DNA of 64,000 nt from the human T2T-CHM13v2.0 reference genome, Homo sapiens, in assembly GCA_009914755.4 (NCBI GenBank), contig CP086569.2:6656001-6720000 (forward strand), given 5' to 3'. Shown here piece after piece: positions 13,616-27,405 of this stretch. The notes under the pieces are model-generated. The model was not told the DNA's origin, did no database searches, and worked only from the letters and a program-made list of their open reading frames with translations. The position numbers and the translations under genes were made by a program. How positions within the stretch are numbered: position 1 is the stretch's first letter; each line of letters starts with the position of its first letter.

Positions 13616-16600
13616 AGAAAAATAATAAAATGGTTAAATTTACATTAAGTTATTTTTACCCCAGCTGAAAACAACAACAACAAAAACCATGTAGGTGAAT
13701 GTCCAAGGGAATGTCTATATTGGGCCTATGGTGTGCTGTTCTGGTTTTTCTTATATGAATGGGCTCTGAAGGCTGCGTCAAAAGGGGAGTCTTTAAAGTT
13801 GCTAATTTTTTCCTGATACAAAAAGAATATAGTTTCTCAAAATGACTGCTTTCGAGGAATGCCCCTTTCTAAATTTGAAAACATAGTATTAAAAACAAGA
13901 GTCTCTCAGTGCTTTAGACCGTTATTTCTTGTATTCAATTTAAAAATCCCTTATGGTGGTTTGCAGATCTGCAGAGAAATTCACAAAGCATGATTGAAAA
14001 GTGATGTGTAGTCTTTATAGTTGAATAGGAAGAAACCAGCTGATTTGCATATAGGATGAAATGTAGCTGAGGGTGCTATTGAGTTTGGACAACATTTGGC
14101 TAGACCTTTGTAACTTTTCAGCTCTATGAAGCAATAATTGTGTGAAGAATTAAAAGGTGGAAAATGAACTGCATGTGGCTGGCTCGCATATGCCTAGGTC
14201 TATTTCCAGACACAACGACCAGTGAAATGACAGTGTTGGTGATGCACCAGTTCAAGGAAATATACAAAGACTGCCTACTCACAAATACAGACACCAGCGG
14301 ACTGATACATTGCTTGCACTTGAAGGTATAGAATTAGAAAACATAGGAAAACAGCAGCAGACTGTTCTGTGTCCTTTTCTTTAAAACTATATCTTGAAAT
14401 TTCTGTGCTTCCCCCAAGAACATCTTTAAAGATGACAGTAAAATAACTCCAGAGGAAACTTTCTGAATTCTAATATCCACATGAAAATGTTGCATTTTCT
14501 TCTGATTTTTCACAATAAAAGTATGGCAAACCTCATGAAGAAATGAATGTGGTAGAGGGCTTCTGAAATCTACGTATTAACATTTGTGATCAGCTAGTGA
14601 AATATTCTCATTGATTATATATAGTACATCCTTCATTCATTAAGCTAACTTTTATCAAGTATGTGTTATGTGTCAAGCCTAGATTGTAGAAATGGAACTT
14701 GAGGAAGACAGGACTCTTCCTCCTGTTTGGGTAGAAAAGGTATTATGTGTGTTATGAATGATGTGATGGAAGGAAACACAGGACAGCATTGGAAAATGGA
14801 GATCATCACCCAGAGATTCTGTATTCTACTTGGGGAATAGACTAAACATCAAAATACAGTAATTTAAACAAAATGCATTTACCCCTCATGTATTGGTACA
14901 AAGGCAGACAATAGTCCCAGAAGGGTAGGTGTCAAATCCCCAAGAGCATCGGGGGATCAAGGTTCCTTTTGTGTTACTATCCTGCCTTCCTAAGGGTCAG
15001 ACAGGCTCTCAAGCAACCCCCATGAGCACAAGTTGTATGCATCCTTTCCCAGCTCTTCTCACCTACCATTGGCAAGAACTCAGTAGTGGAACACCCAGGG
15101 TCTGTTAGTGAGGTGTGCTTGTGTGACTGAAAGAAAAAGAGAAGTCTTTTGGGGAGGAGCAGGCCTGGTGGAATCATAGTTTCTAAATCTTTGCATTTTA
15201 TCTAATTCAGTTTTTTGAAGAAATGTACGTAGCACCACAAACTCTATTCTTAACCTACTTTCTATGGAGAAGCAGGCACATGCTGTGTTGTATCAGCTTG
15301 GAGAGCCCCTTCAAAACCTCTCCACATTCAATGTGGAGGGACTGTCACTATACATGCACGGCACACCATGCCAAGAGGGGAGGACTACTGGAACATTAAA
15401 ATCTCTTTTGTATTTGTCACATAATCAGCATTTAGTTGTAAAAATAAAGAGCATACGGCATTTGTTAAAATCATTTCCATTTCATAACAAATATTTGGCC
15501 ATATGTAAACTTTCTTGCTGTGGCTGTTTTTTAATAATGTTTCAATTTCTGTACTAATAATTTGTAATAATAATAACAATGGGAAAATCAGTAATGAACA
15601 GGTGTTGGAAGGTCTGATTTCTCATTTTAATTTATTGTTTCTAGCTATAAACAAATTATTTTTGACATGTTGCATAACCAGAAGAATGTTATTAAATAAA
15701 GTCATAATTCTCCTTTTTGGTGTTGATGACACCCAGATGATAATTACACTTAATGAGTTTAACAACACATATAAAAGATAATCTAAAGTTTCAGGACCCT
15801 GTTATGTGGGTTACCATCTGTTTTGGACCAAAGAATAAGAATTGGATTCCAAGCTTTTTTCTGAACAGCTTGTAATAAGAGCTGTTTGTGTATTAATTAC
15901 TTCTTGAACTATTGTGGGTTTTAATGTTTTAATTTACAAGCAATTTGGAATTTATGACATCTGCTCATATTTTGATACTTCATGCTATTTACCAATTTTG
16001 TCATGAGGCTGTTTTTCCCCCTGGTAATTTACAACCTAATTCTGAAAATAGTAATTTGGTCTCTACCAGTTCACTCTAAGGAGAATTGCCCTGTTTCATC
16101 TCCACTGCAGATTTTTTTTTCATAAGTGAAAGTATCTTTGTTTTATAAACAAAATTAAGTTGCCATTGTGCCTGCTTCTCTGGTGCCCTTTCATTTCTGT
16201 TCAAAGAGTTAGAGATGAATTTAGTTTCACTCTCATTGCTTTACTTAAGTAGTTGGTTTTTTACAAATTGTCCTGGTTATTACTTTTGGTTGGTTTTTGT
16301 TTTTGTTTTTCAATGTACTCTAATGCAATTCATGGTCCTGTGAACCTGACTGTAGAACTTTTTTTTAAATCTCCTTTATTTAAACATCATAACTGTAAAC
16401 ATGACCCAGTGGGAATAATTTACTTGCAGTTCCTGAAAGTACTTCATGAGGTTCCATATGAGTTCACTAATAACAAACACCACTCATAGCTTCGCTGGTA
16501 GACTTCAAGTATACTAAACCTGGTACCTTTTTATTATCACTTAAGACTATTTAGAGAAAATGGTGAGCCTTTAATTTTCTTAGTTCTTGAATTTGTAGTT

Positions 16601-16631
16601 GATAGAGGGTAATTTAAACTCTCTAGGCGGG

Positions 16632-16948
16632 TGGCCAGGTGCAGTGGCTCATGGCTATAATCCCAGCACTTTGGGACGCTGAGGTGGGTGGATCACTTGA
16701 GCCTAGGAGTTTGAGACCCTGGTCAATATGGTGAAACCCTGTCTCTACTAAAAATACAAAAATTAGCCAGGCATGGCAGCGGTTGCCTGTAATCCCAGCT
16801 ACTCAGGAAGCGAGGCAGGAGAATCACTTGAACCTGGGAGGCGGAGGTTGCAGTAAGCTGAGAAAGTGTCACTGCACTCCAGCCTGGTTGACAGAGTGAG
16901 TCTCTGTCTCAAGGAAAACAAAAACAAAAACAAAAAGAAAAACAAAAA
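16632..16948 (+). mobile_element. Alu SINE
   Basis: ggccaggtgcagtggctcatggctataatcccagcactttgggacgctgaggtgggtggatcac ... (CAAAA)n tail. Confidence 0.9.
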
Positions 16949-17779
16949 CTCTCTAGGAGGCTGGATTCATTCACAATCAAATAAATTTTATGAGAAAGCT
17001 GGTAAATATCATTAAATGGTTGGCATTTATAGTGACTAAAAAATAAAACAATTTTTAATATAGAGGATGATTGCTTTATGAGATATAAACCTGGCTTACT
17101 GAAAAATCAGTGCAAATGAACCCTTGTGAAATAAAAATGTCTAAGAACAGTACATGAGAAGTTGAGATGTCAGTTGGTGCCTTTGTTTTCCTTTATTTTA
17201 GAGGAGCCGAAGGAAAAAGATTCTGACCTGTTTCTGTGTTTTTATGAGCACAGTATATAAGAATGGTTATATGCGCACCAACATGCACTCTGGGGTTACT
17301 GGAAAGCTAGCCCCAACAATGGGAAACATCTTGCTACAGTGTGATATCTTCTCCCAGTGGTGTGCACAGGTTCATGTATCAGTTGCATAAGGCACTGTTC
17401 CAAAAACAACAATAAGGGAATAAGGTTCAAGGAACCTTAATTTATCTTTAAACTTAATTTAATTTAAAATTAATTTAAATATTTATATAATAGCAGTAGC
17501 AATAGCTGAGCTAATATTATCTATTTTGAGACTTTTCTTTCAGAACTTCTACAGGCATAATAATGCCTGACTGGTCATTTTAATTTCTCCTTTTTTTTTA
17601 GTTTGCAAACAAAACCCTGCAATCTGTGCTTTAGACTAACACAGAAGTTAAGAACTAATAAGATGTGTTAAGTTTGAGTTAGGATGAAAAAGAAACCTAA
17701 AAGAATGGGAGGGGTGAGAGGTAAAAACACCCTAAGGATTTTTAAGTCTTTTGTTCTAAACCTTTCCCTTTCTCCCTAG

Positions 17780-17868
17780 GCTGGTCCCCACAGACGGCTT
17801 GCCATTTCTATGACTGGATGCTGAGAAGCCTGCTGGTTCAGAGGTCCACACATGAAGTTACCATAAAG
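17780..17868 (+). other. TBL1Y: Candidate non-coding (5'-UTR) exon upstream of the TBL1Y start-codon exon
   Basis: Strong acceptor cctttccctttctccctag|G at 17779/17780 and strong donor AAG|gtaagc at 17868/17869. 89 nt with no long ORF in frame with the downstream exon. Lies 3.5 kb upstream of the exon that carries the ATG. Confidence 0.4.
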
Positions 17869-20054
17869 GTAAGCAGCCCAGCATGCCATTGGATCCTTGT
17901 CCTTGTACCTGAAACATATTTCAGGAGCAAAACTGCATTTTGCCAAAACGCAATCCCTTCTCTTTTAAATTATGTTTTCGGGGAAAGTGGCACATCTTTG
18001 TCCTTGCTGAAATTGAAGCCATTAGAGAAACCATTATTAAATCCTTATGAGCTGCAAAGTCAATTCTAAATGAGGAATTCGCCTTTTTACTGCCTTCTGA
18101 GAATTTTGGATCCTGAATGAGCAATAACAAACTTTTCTGGGTCTTACCAGTCGAGATAACACCTTCTAAAATCAACCTCTCTTGTGAATATTATAATTAT
18201 GCAGGCTTGTTAATTGTAATTGGGCACACGAGTATAGATTTTATTTGACTCCTTTGTCTTCATTTTGTGCTCCATTAGTTTTTTAATATGATTTGTGTCT
18301 GTCTGCGTTGATTTGCTAGTTAACCGTGAAACTTATTAGAAAATCATGCAGATTACTGTGTGTAAATGTGGTGAGACGCTTAAGGTTTCCTGATTAGCAA
18401 ACCAAACAGTTCTATGTGGCCAGGTGTCAAAAGTTGAAACCGATACCCAAACTAAAACTAAGACCTGCACCCCAAAAGTTCTTTTAAAGTTATCCTATTA
18501 CCTTTTGGTACATAGGATTATAGTTTTATTTTACTTAGTTGCTACTTAATTTTCTGCTTCTTTCTCTAAGGCATTTTTAGTTTTTTTTTTTTTAAAACTA
18601 TAGAAATTTGGTAACTTGAAAGCATAAGGATGGAATTTTGAGGGAGATTTTTGCTTTACTGTTTTGAAAGAACCAACTAGAACTAAACTGTAGGCTTAAA
18701 TTTAACTAAAATAGGAAGCTTACTGTTTGAGGTACTTTTGTTTAAAGCAAGATGTACGTATATTGTTATAACAAGTTAAACATGTAGAGGTATTTGAGTG
18801 TTATTTGACTTAAATATTTGAAAGGTGTTGTTTGTTAATAAAAACAAAATTTGTAATATATTAGTGAATTTGAATTTTTTGATTGGCTCTTTCATTCAGT
18901 ATAATGTTTTCAAGGTTCATGTGCATTGTGGCATGTGTCATTCCTTTTTACATTAGAATAATATCTCATTGTGTGGCTAGATCATGAATAGAACATGTTT
19001 TATCCATGCATCAGTTGATGGAAATTGGGGTTGTATTTCCCTTTGGGCTACTATGAAAAAGATGTCAGGAATACACATATACAAGTTTTTGTGGGGACTT
19101 ACGTTTCATTTCTTTGTGGTATCTACTTAGAATTGGGTCATTTGGTACCTCTGTTGAACATTCTGAGGAACTATTGTTATGTTCCTCAAAATGTAAAGTG
19201 GTCAAAGTGGCTGTTATGTCAGTCAATATTTTTTGAAATGCCATTGAACCATATTCTAAATGTGAGAGGGATGATGGGAGGGGGTCCTTTCTCTCATCAG
19301 TGTTTTGACTGGGTATTAATTTCAGTACTTTGGGAACCTAAGCTTCAGTTTAATTCAATCTAGTATGTGCTGAATTTCTCCTGTGCGTGAGGTGTCTGTG
19401 TTTGGCCTTATAAATGACTGAGTGTTTTTGTGGCCTTTCATACCTTATGCAGTTTATAGATGCAGGTGGTAATTTGGGATTATCCTGAAAAAGGGCACTC
19501 TGTTGCTATTGTTCATCAGTAAGGCTGGGAATAACTTGTCTAACATACTCTTTCTGCCTGTGTTGGGCACTGCGGCTTAGAAAGTGAAGGCTTATAATTG
19601 TTTCCTTGAGATGTGTGTGGTTTCAACACATGTCCTCCTTTCAAAGTCATCCATAACAGACCTGGGTAATTGTGTTTTATTGACTCTCAGTCTTAAACTG
19701 GTTGGTAAGATTATGAGGAATGTTCACATTAGGGGCGTTCACCATTGAGGTTCTTAGGCAGGAAGATTCCACACCCAGAAGGGACTAGGCAGTTGTTCTC
19801 TGAAGTAGAGGTGGGAAAATCTGTTGTAAATCGAGAAGGACTGAGAGCAGGCTCAGCAAACGTGGTCTGTGATGGACCTGATAGTAAGGGGCTTAGGATT
19901 TGTGGGCCAGGCAGTTGCAGCTGCTTTACTCTGCCATTGCATTATGAAGGCCCTACGGAGATGAATGAACATGGCTCAGTGCCAAGAAAACTTTATTTAT
20001 AGACATTGATACTGGGTTGCAGTTTGCTGACTCTGACCTAGAGCAACACACTGT

Positions 20055-21180
20055 TTTTTTTTTCCTTTTATGTCTTTTTATTTTTATTTTAAGTACTTGG
20101 GTACATATGCAGGATGTGCAGATTTGTTACACAGGTAAACATGTGCCATGGTGGTTTGCTGCACCTATCAACCCATCACTTTGGTATTAAGCCCAGCATG
20201 CATTAGCTGTTTTTCCTAATGTTCTCCCTCCCCACTCTCCAAACCCCAGTGCCAGCATGTGATGTTCCCTGCCCTGTGTCCATGTGTTCTCATTGTTCAA
20301 CTCCCACTTGTAAGTGAGAACATGTGGTGTTTGGTTTTCTGTTCTTGTGTTAGTTTGCTGAGAACGATAGTTTCCAGCTTCATCCATATCCCTGCAAAGG
20401 ACATGAACTCATCCTTCTTTATGGCTGCATAGTATTTCATGGTTTATATGTGCCACATTTTCTTTATCCAGTCTATCATTGATGGGAATTTGCGTTGGTT
20501 CCAAGGCTTTGCTGTTGTGAACGGTGCTACAATAACATACATGTGCATGTGTCTTTATAGTAGAGTGATCTATAATCCTTTGGTATATACCCAGTAATGG
20601 CATTGCTGGGTCAAATGGTATTTCTAGTTCTAGATCCTTGAGGAATCACCACACTGTCTTACACAATGGTTGAATTAATTTACACTCCCACCAACAATGT
20701 AAAAGCATTCCTATTTCTCCACATCTTCTCCAGCATCTGTTTCCTGACTTTTTAATGATTGCCATTCTAACTGGTGTGAGATGGTATCTCATTGCAGTTT
20801 TGATTTACATTTCTCTAATGACCATTGATCATGAGCTTTTTTTCATATGGTTGTTGGCTGCATAAATGTCTTCTTTCAAGAAGTTTGTGTTCGTATCCTT
20901 CACCCACTTTTTGATGGGGTTGTTTTTTCTTGTAAATTAGTTTAAGTTCTTTGTAGAGTCTGGATATTAGCCCTTTGTCAGATGGATAGATGGCAAAATT
21001 TTTTTCCCATATATATGGCAAAATTTTTTTCCCATTCTATAGGTTGCCTGTTCACTCTGATGATAGTTTCTTTTGCTGGGCAGAAGCTCATTAGTTTAAT
21101 TAGGTTTCTAATTGAGCCTTCCCTGGCCTTAGGAAATAGGTCAACTCTTGTTTTTTTGGAAAACATTTCACCTGGTCTTT
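20055..21180 (-). mobile_element. L1 3' end (ORF2 C-terminus plus 3'UTR), antisense on +
   Basis: Poly-T at 20055 (poly-A on the minus strand). Plus strand reads the antisense of the L1 3' end (gggtacatatgcaggatgtgcag..., catgaactcatccttctttatggctgcatagtatttcatgg). Minus-strand ORFs give L1 ORF2 peptides (..[17 protein letters not shown]..). Confidence 0.85.
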
Positions 21181-21398
21181 TTTTTTTCTTATGTATAATT
21201 ATGGAATGTTTATGTAATTACATAATTACAAAATATAACGCATCATATATTAATTACCTTCATGTGTATAATAGCATAGATAGTATTTTCTTTAATCACC
21301 TCACACACAAAAAAAAGAGAAACACACAGGCAGTGTTTCAAAACTGTCTTCTTTTTTCAAACAGAGGGTGGTTCCAACTTCATCAATACCTCATCGCC

Positions 21399-21407
21399 AT
21401 GAGGTGA
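21399..21407 (+). promoter_or_regulatory. TBL1Y: Minimal upstream ORF (AUG-AGG-UGA) in the 5' leader, 8 nt before the main AUG
   Basis: gccATGAGGTGAggctaagATGAGC. The uAUG has a purine at -3 and A at +4. It lies inside the same exon (exon starts at 21365 after acceptor ttttttcaaaacag). Confidence 0.3.
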
Positions 21408-21414
21408 GGCTAAG

Positions 21415-21472
21415 ATGAGCATAACCAGTGACGAGGTGAACTTTCTGGTTTATCGGTATCTCCAGGAGTCAG
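21415..21472 (+). CDS. TBL1Y: TBL1Y coding exon 1 (start codon; N-terminal LisH segment MSITSDEVNFLVYRYLQES plus the first nt of Gly)
   Basis: Exon 21365-21472 is bounded by acceptor AG at 21363-21364 and donor GT at 21473-21474 (gagtcag|gtaagagg). The ATG at 21415 opens MSITSDEVNFLVYRYLQES, the conserved TBL1-family N-terminus. It ends in phase 1, and the next exon supplies GT to complete Gly. Confidence 0.85.
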
Positions 21473-23262
21473 GTAAGAGGCTTGGTTTTCTGTTGGGAGG
21501 AAATTCATCCTGAGCATCTTACGAGCAGAATGATCAACCCTTGATTCAAAACCAGGCTGTAGAAGAAGAACAGCTAAGAAAGTTCTCAGTGCTAACAGGG
21601 AGAAGAGAAGGTTGTGGAGCCATGTCATCCCACCTTCCTCAACGATAATGACCCTAGTGGACTTTGTTATCTCTACATGTTTACTACACACAGCTGTTTT
21701 CCTAACCAATATACAGAGCCAGTGGATTTGTTTCCTAGAACTGCCATAATGCAATACTGCAAACTGGGATGGCTTAAAAGGAAATACGTTGTCTCCTAGT
21801 TCCTGAGGACAGAAGTCCAAGATCAAGATGTGGGAAGGTCAGCTCTTTCTGAGGGCGAGTCTCCTGTGCCCGTCCTGGCTCCTGGGGCCTTGCCGCAGTC
21901 CTTGGATTCCTTGGCTTGTAGGGGCATCACCCTCGTCTCTTGTGTTCAGATTTGACCACATTTCCCTGTGGTAAAGACAGTCAGATTGGTTTAGGAATTT
22001 ACTCTACTCCAGGATAACCTAATTTTAGTAATTGATTCTGAATCCAGTTATAGTTACATTTGCACTGACCCTGTTTCCAAATAGCATCACATTCTGAGGT
22101 GCACTGTTGATGAGCACTTTAACCTGTGAATTTGTGGGGGTGGGGGCACAGTTCAAACACCAGGATTTGTTTTGGAGTCTTTTTAAGGTTTGTCCCCTTA
22201 ATACCAGATTGAATATACAGTATGGAACTTGATTATTTGAAAAGGAACTCCCAGTTCCTTGGCACCCCCTCCCAGAGATGTATGTATTCAATTTGAAGGA
22301 AGCCAGTCTGTGGTCCCTTGGGCATGGGTTCTCTCACTGCTGTGTAGGGTACAATATAGGCATTGGAGCCACCCAGAATGGCTCAAGATGTGATCGTTAA
22401 ACAAGTCTGAGTGAGGCCTGTTCATTTGAGCCTTGGTTTTCCTGCCCAGGCAAACGTGATCAAGTATGTGAGGCACGTAACATGTTGTAAATAAGTGCCC
22501 TCCCCATCAAGCCTGGGTTTCTGTCCCTTGTGCTCCCAGCTACCATTATTCATGGGAAGTGCATGCGCTTTCTGCATATATATCAGATACCTTGGATTGG
22601 CTTTTGTCAGACGCAGTATAAGCAATTGGTATACAAAACAAAATAGGTACTGCCTCACCCCTGGGAATCAGGGAAATAATAACCCCTGTGCTAATACCTC
22701 AACCTTGGCTCTTAGACTAGCACAGGTGATCTCCTGTCTCAGAGCTCAAAGCTTCCCAGAGGTGGCTGCAAATGGAAATCATGCATACCAAAACCTGCCT
22801 CCCTGTTCACTCATGGCATGTAGTTTAGCATTTAGCAACACCTTTGCACAAGGACGTGATGAAGGCCAAAGAGACTCACGGCATGTAAACAAGTTCCAGG
22901 CTGGAGCTGTCAGGTGTAAAAAGTGCATGTGCACGGAGACAGAGCCATGCTGCTTGCTGGTCCCGAGGGTCCCCAAGTGTGAGCTTTGCTGGCCTCTTGG
23001 CAGAAGCCACCAACTCTCCCCAGAAAGATCGTCTTCCTTATTCAGTGCTTGTTTATGAAGCTTCTGTAACCAGGCAGTTGAGATGGAGAGCTAGAGCACA
23101 ATAACGCGTAGACCTTGGCAAATGTCAACTTTATGTAACATCTGTGAGCTTCATTTCCTGATTCTACAGTGTTGCTGAAGTAAGATACCTTAGGTGGAGT
23201 TGGTATTGAAGAGAGACACTGTTGTACTTTCTTCCAATTATTGTGTGTATTGTGGTACTTTC

Positions 23263-23530
23263 TTTTTTTGAAATGGGGTCTCAGTTTGTTGCCCAGGCTG
23301 GCGCTCACTGCAGCTTCAACCTCCTAGGCTGAAGCCGTCCTTCCACCTCAGCCTCCCAAGTAGCTGAGACTACAGGCATACCAACGTGCCCGGCTAATTT
23401 TTGTAATTTTTGTAGAGACAGGGTTTCACTATGTTGCCCACGTTGGTCTGGAACTCCTGGTTTTCAATGATCCACCCACCTTGGCCTCCTAGGGTGCTGG
23501 GATTATAGGTGTAAGCCACTGCGCCCAGCC
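23263..23530 (-). mobile_element. Alu SINE
   Basis: Reverse-complement Alu: ttttttgaaatggggtctcagtttgttgcccaggctggcgctcactgcagc ... gtaagccactgcgcccagcc. Confidence 0.9.
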
Positions 23531-23730
23531 ACTGGAACTTTTTGGAGTACTCCACAAGGTTGTATTTAAAGGAAGAAGGGAGCAAAGAAGTGTTCATTCT
23601 TGGGATGTTTTCTATGTTTACCTCAAGTCCTGAAGTTTTGGTTAGGTCAATATTTATTGAGCCGCAATCAAGAAAGAGCACCTTCTCCTCAGCCTATCAA
23701 TGTTTCCCTTCTACCTTAAAGAAAAAGGAA

Positions 23731-24105
<375 letters not shown>

Positions 24106-25569
24106 AAATGTTTCCTTGATCATGTTCCCTCCTCAAGCACCTGTACTGTCATTCCTGCACCCCACCAAACTCATTAAAAACAGATTCTGCACCTCAGAAA
24201 ATGATTCATTCCTCAAATACCTCTAGTCTGACTTTCTCCATTAGAAGTCTTCAGTAAGTTCTGGGTTCCCATATCCAGTAATCTTACTGCAACTGGCATT
24301 CCTCCTTCCCTGCTCATCCATCCTTACCTGTGTGCAGCAGGAAGTGGGTATGGGGGTGGGGGTGGTGAGGAAGGGAGTAGGTGTTGACCTGCAGTGCAGC
24401 TGGGCAGGGTTCCCTGGAAGATCTGCTCAGAATCCTCAACCTCACCTTCCAGGTGCAGTGATGGACAAGTTCTCCAGAGTCACCGAGCTTGTGGCCTGAG
24501 TCCTGCTTCTGAGCCCTGGACCCAGCAGAATAGATGCCATTCCTGTCCAACTGTTCATCTCCTTCACCACCAGTGTCTCTCTTCCTCCCCTCTACCAATA
24601 TCCATGATGTCAGTTAGGATGCATTAGGCTGCAAGAAAGGGAATCTTCAGTGGAGCACTGATATGCTCAGATAGCAGGGGAGTAGGGTGTTGAAGAAGGA
24701 CCCAAGACACACAGCTCTTCAAACTCAGGAAGGAGCCTCAAAAATGGATCTGTTTTGTTCCTCTGCCCACAACAGGCAGATGTCAGGTCATCTGGCTTTT
24801 AGCAAACCATGTATATTTCCTAACCTGTGTGGATTAGTGGATTTTCATTGTTGCCCTGCAGGGCCTTTGCCATGAGAAGCACTCCGTGGATGTTATCCAT
24901 AGGTGGCATCTCAAAGCAGCGCACTCATGGCAGTCAGAAAAAGGAAACTAATTAGGCAAAAATTTTAAGTAGTAGACGACTTATGCATTACCAAGTTCTA
25001 GTGCCAAAAGGAATTTGTTGTGTTTGCATGAGTTTAGCAGTCTGGCATTGACGGGTGACTCTATTGGCCTCTGTCTTACGGGATCCATTGCCTGGTCACT
25101 TGTGCTATCTGGGCAGCTTTTAAGAATCACATGGTGACCATGTGCCTTTCCCGTGAGCTCATGTTACCATCCCAGGAGCAGAGAAGCAAGGGAGCGAGCC
25201 CCTAGAAATGTGCACAGCCTGCACCTGCTGTAGTGAGCAGCTCCCCCAAATGCTGGGGGAGTTGTGAGTTGTTTGCCCCCACATATTTCTGAACACAGCC
25301 AGGGAAGTGGAAGTCCATTTTCCACTTAGTATGGAAAGAGAGAAAATTTGTCAGATGAGTTCCTGTAAACATAATAAGTATTTCCTCTGGGACTTCATCA
25401 CCCAAAGTCCAAACTATAAAGAAGACATGTTCTTCCATACCCAGATTTTTAGCATACATAAGATAATTCACACAGACTTGCAAGGCATTATGAGGAACAT
25501 GGGACAGAACCACAGATTCAAACTGAATTTAGCTGGGAAAGAACTGCCTGCAACATAATCAAGTGATAG

Positions 25570-25905
<336 letters not shown>

Positions 25906-27044
25906 TGATTTTTTAAAGAAGGGGAAAATACTGTCTAAAGAGGAAGGAAGAACGGAATGTGAGGAGCTGTCTTGAGTGTAGTCAACACACATGACAGTTC
26001 TGTCATTTCAAAATTGCCTAGTGTCCCTTTGTTCTGAGCCCTCTTCTATTCCTTCCCTGCACCTTGCAGCCTACTCTGTGTTCTGTTCATAGAGTTTTGC
26101 ACTCGTAAGAATGGCATAGAGATGGCATCATGCATTGTGTGGCCCTGAGAGTGTGACGTCTTTTATTCAACCTCATGTATTTGAGATTCATGCATGCTAT
26201 TGTGTGCACCAGCCATTCTTTCTTTAATAGCTAAGTGACATTTCATATTGAAGGCCTTTTCAGTGATTTGTTTATCCATCCTCCTGTGGAAGGACATTTG
26301 GGTGCTTTCTAGGTTTTAGGGATTCCAACATAAAGCTGCAAAAAACATTTTCATACAGATCTTTTGTGTGAACATAGGTTTTCACTTCTCTTGGGTAAAT
26401 ATCTAGGAGTGGGATTGCTGGTTCATGTGGTTAACTGTAGGTTTCAGAAACCAGTGCATTCTTTTCCAACTAAGGCGGAGGCAAGACACATGACAAATAT
26501 GAATGGTTTTACAGAGATGAGTTCTGTTGCAGAGCTTGTCTGCCTGTTGCTCAAGGCGTATTGGAAAGTATGTAAAAAGACATTAGCTCTGGTGTATATA
26601 TCTGCAGAACACTCATGAAGTTTGATTCTTTTTCTGAGGGTTTGCAGTTAGCCTTCTGGGCTAATTTCATGAATCTGTCAGGGTCACAGTTTCCATGGGC
26701 AGACGTGAATGTCGCCCAGGTCTGCTGAGTGACAGAGCATCCTGGTTTGCACACCTTCCCCTCCTTCAGCAGTGCAGTTGGTGTAACTTTCTGCATATAA
26801 ACAGAAAACTCTACAGTCTGGTTAGCCCTCTGGTGGGTAGACTCCAGAATCTGCACAGGACAGAGGCCTGTCTATTCTGGCTTTCAGAAAACAGGGTTCC
26901 TACCGGCTGGACCATATGGCAGCCAGGAAAGATCTCTGTGCATTTGCCCACATACCCATGCTGTACAAGTCATCAAAAATCCAGTGAAGCATTTTCCCCA
27001 CCTATATATTTAACTTCTAAATCTACTTATCTTTCAGATAGATA

Positions 27045-27405
27045 GATAGATAGATAGAGACAGGCTAGATAGATTAGACAGATTAGATAGAATAGATAGA
27101 ATAGATAGGTAGATAGATACATAAATATTAATAGATACATTAGGTAGATAGTTTAGAGTAGATATTGATAGATTAGACAGATGATAGATATAGATACATA
27201 GGCCAATAGATTGATAGATTAGACACAGTAGTTATTAATAAATAGATAGTAGATATTAATAGGTTAAATAGATGGATTAGATAGAGTAGATATTAATATA
27301 TTTGAAAGATGATGATACATAGATAAGAGACAGATAATAATATATCAGAAGAGTAGATATTAATAGATAAATTAGATAGGATAGATTGATTAGATTAGAT
27401 AGATA
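27045..27405. repeat. Degenerate (GATA)n/(TAGA)n tetranucleotide array, about 360 bp
   Basis: gatagatagatagatagatagag ... tagatagaatagatagaatagataggtagatagatacat ... continues with interrupted gata/taga units to about 27405. Confidence 0.9.

Noticed and set aside
17100-17780. Possible promoter upstream of the candidate UTR exon (TATA-like agtatataagaatgg near 17255)
   Set aside because: There is no CpG enrichment, the exon at 17780 begins with an acceptor rather than a transcription start, and isolated TATA-like strings are common in AT-rich introns.
21410-21826. 138-aa minus-strand ORF overlapping the TBL1Y start-codon exon
   Set aside because: It is antisense to a well-supported coding exon and runs through intron sequence. 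There is no start-context or homology support, so it is most likely a chance ORF.
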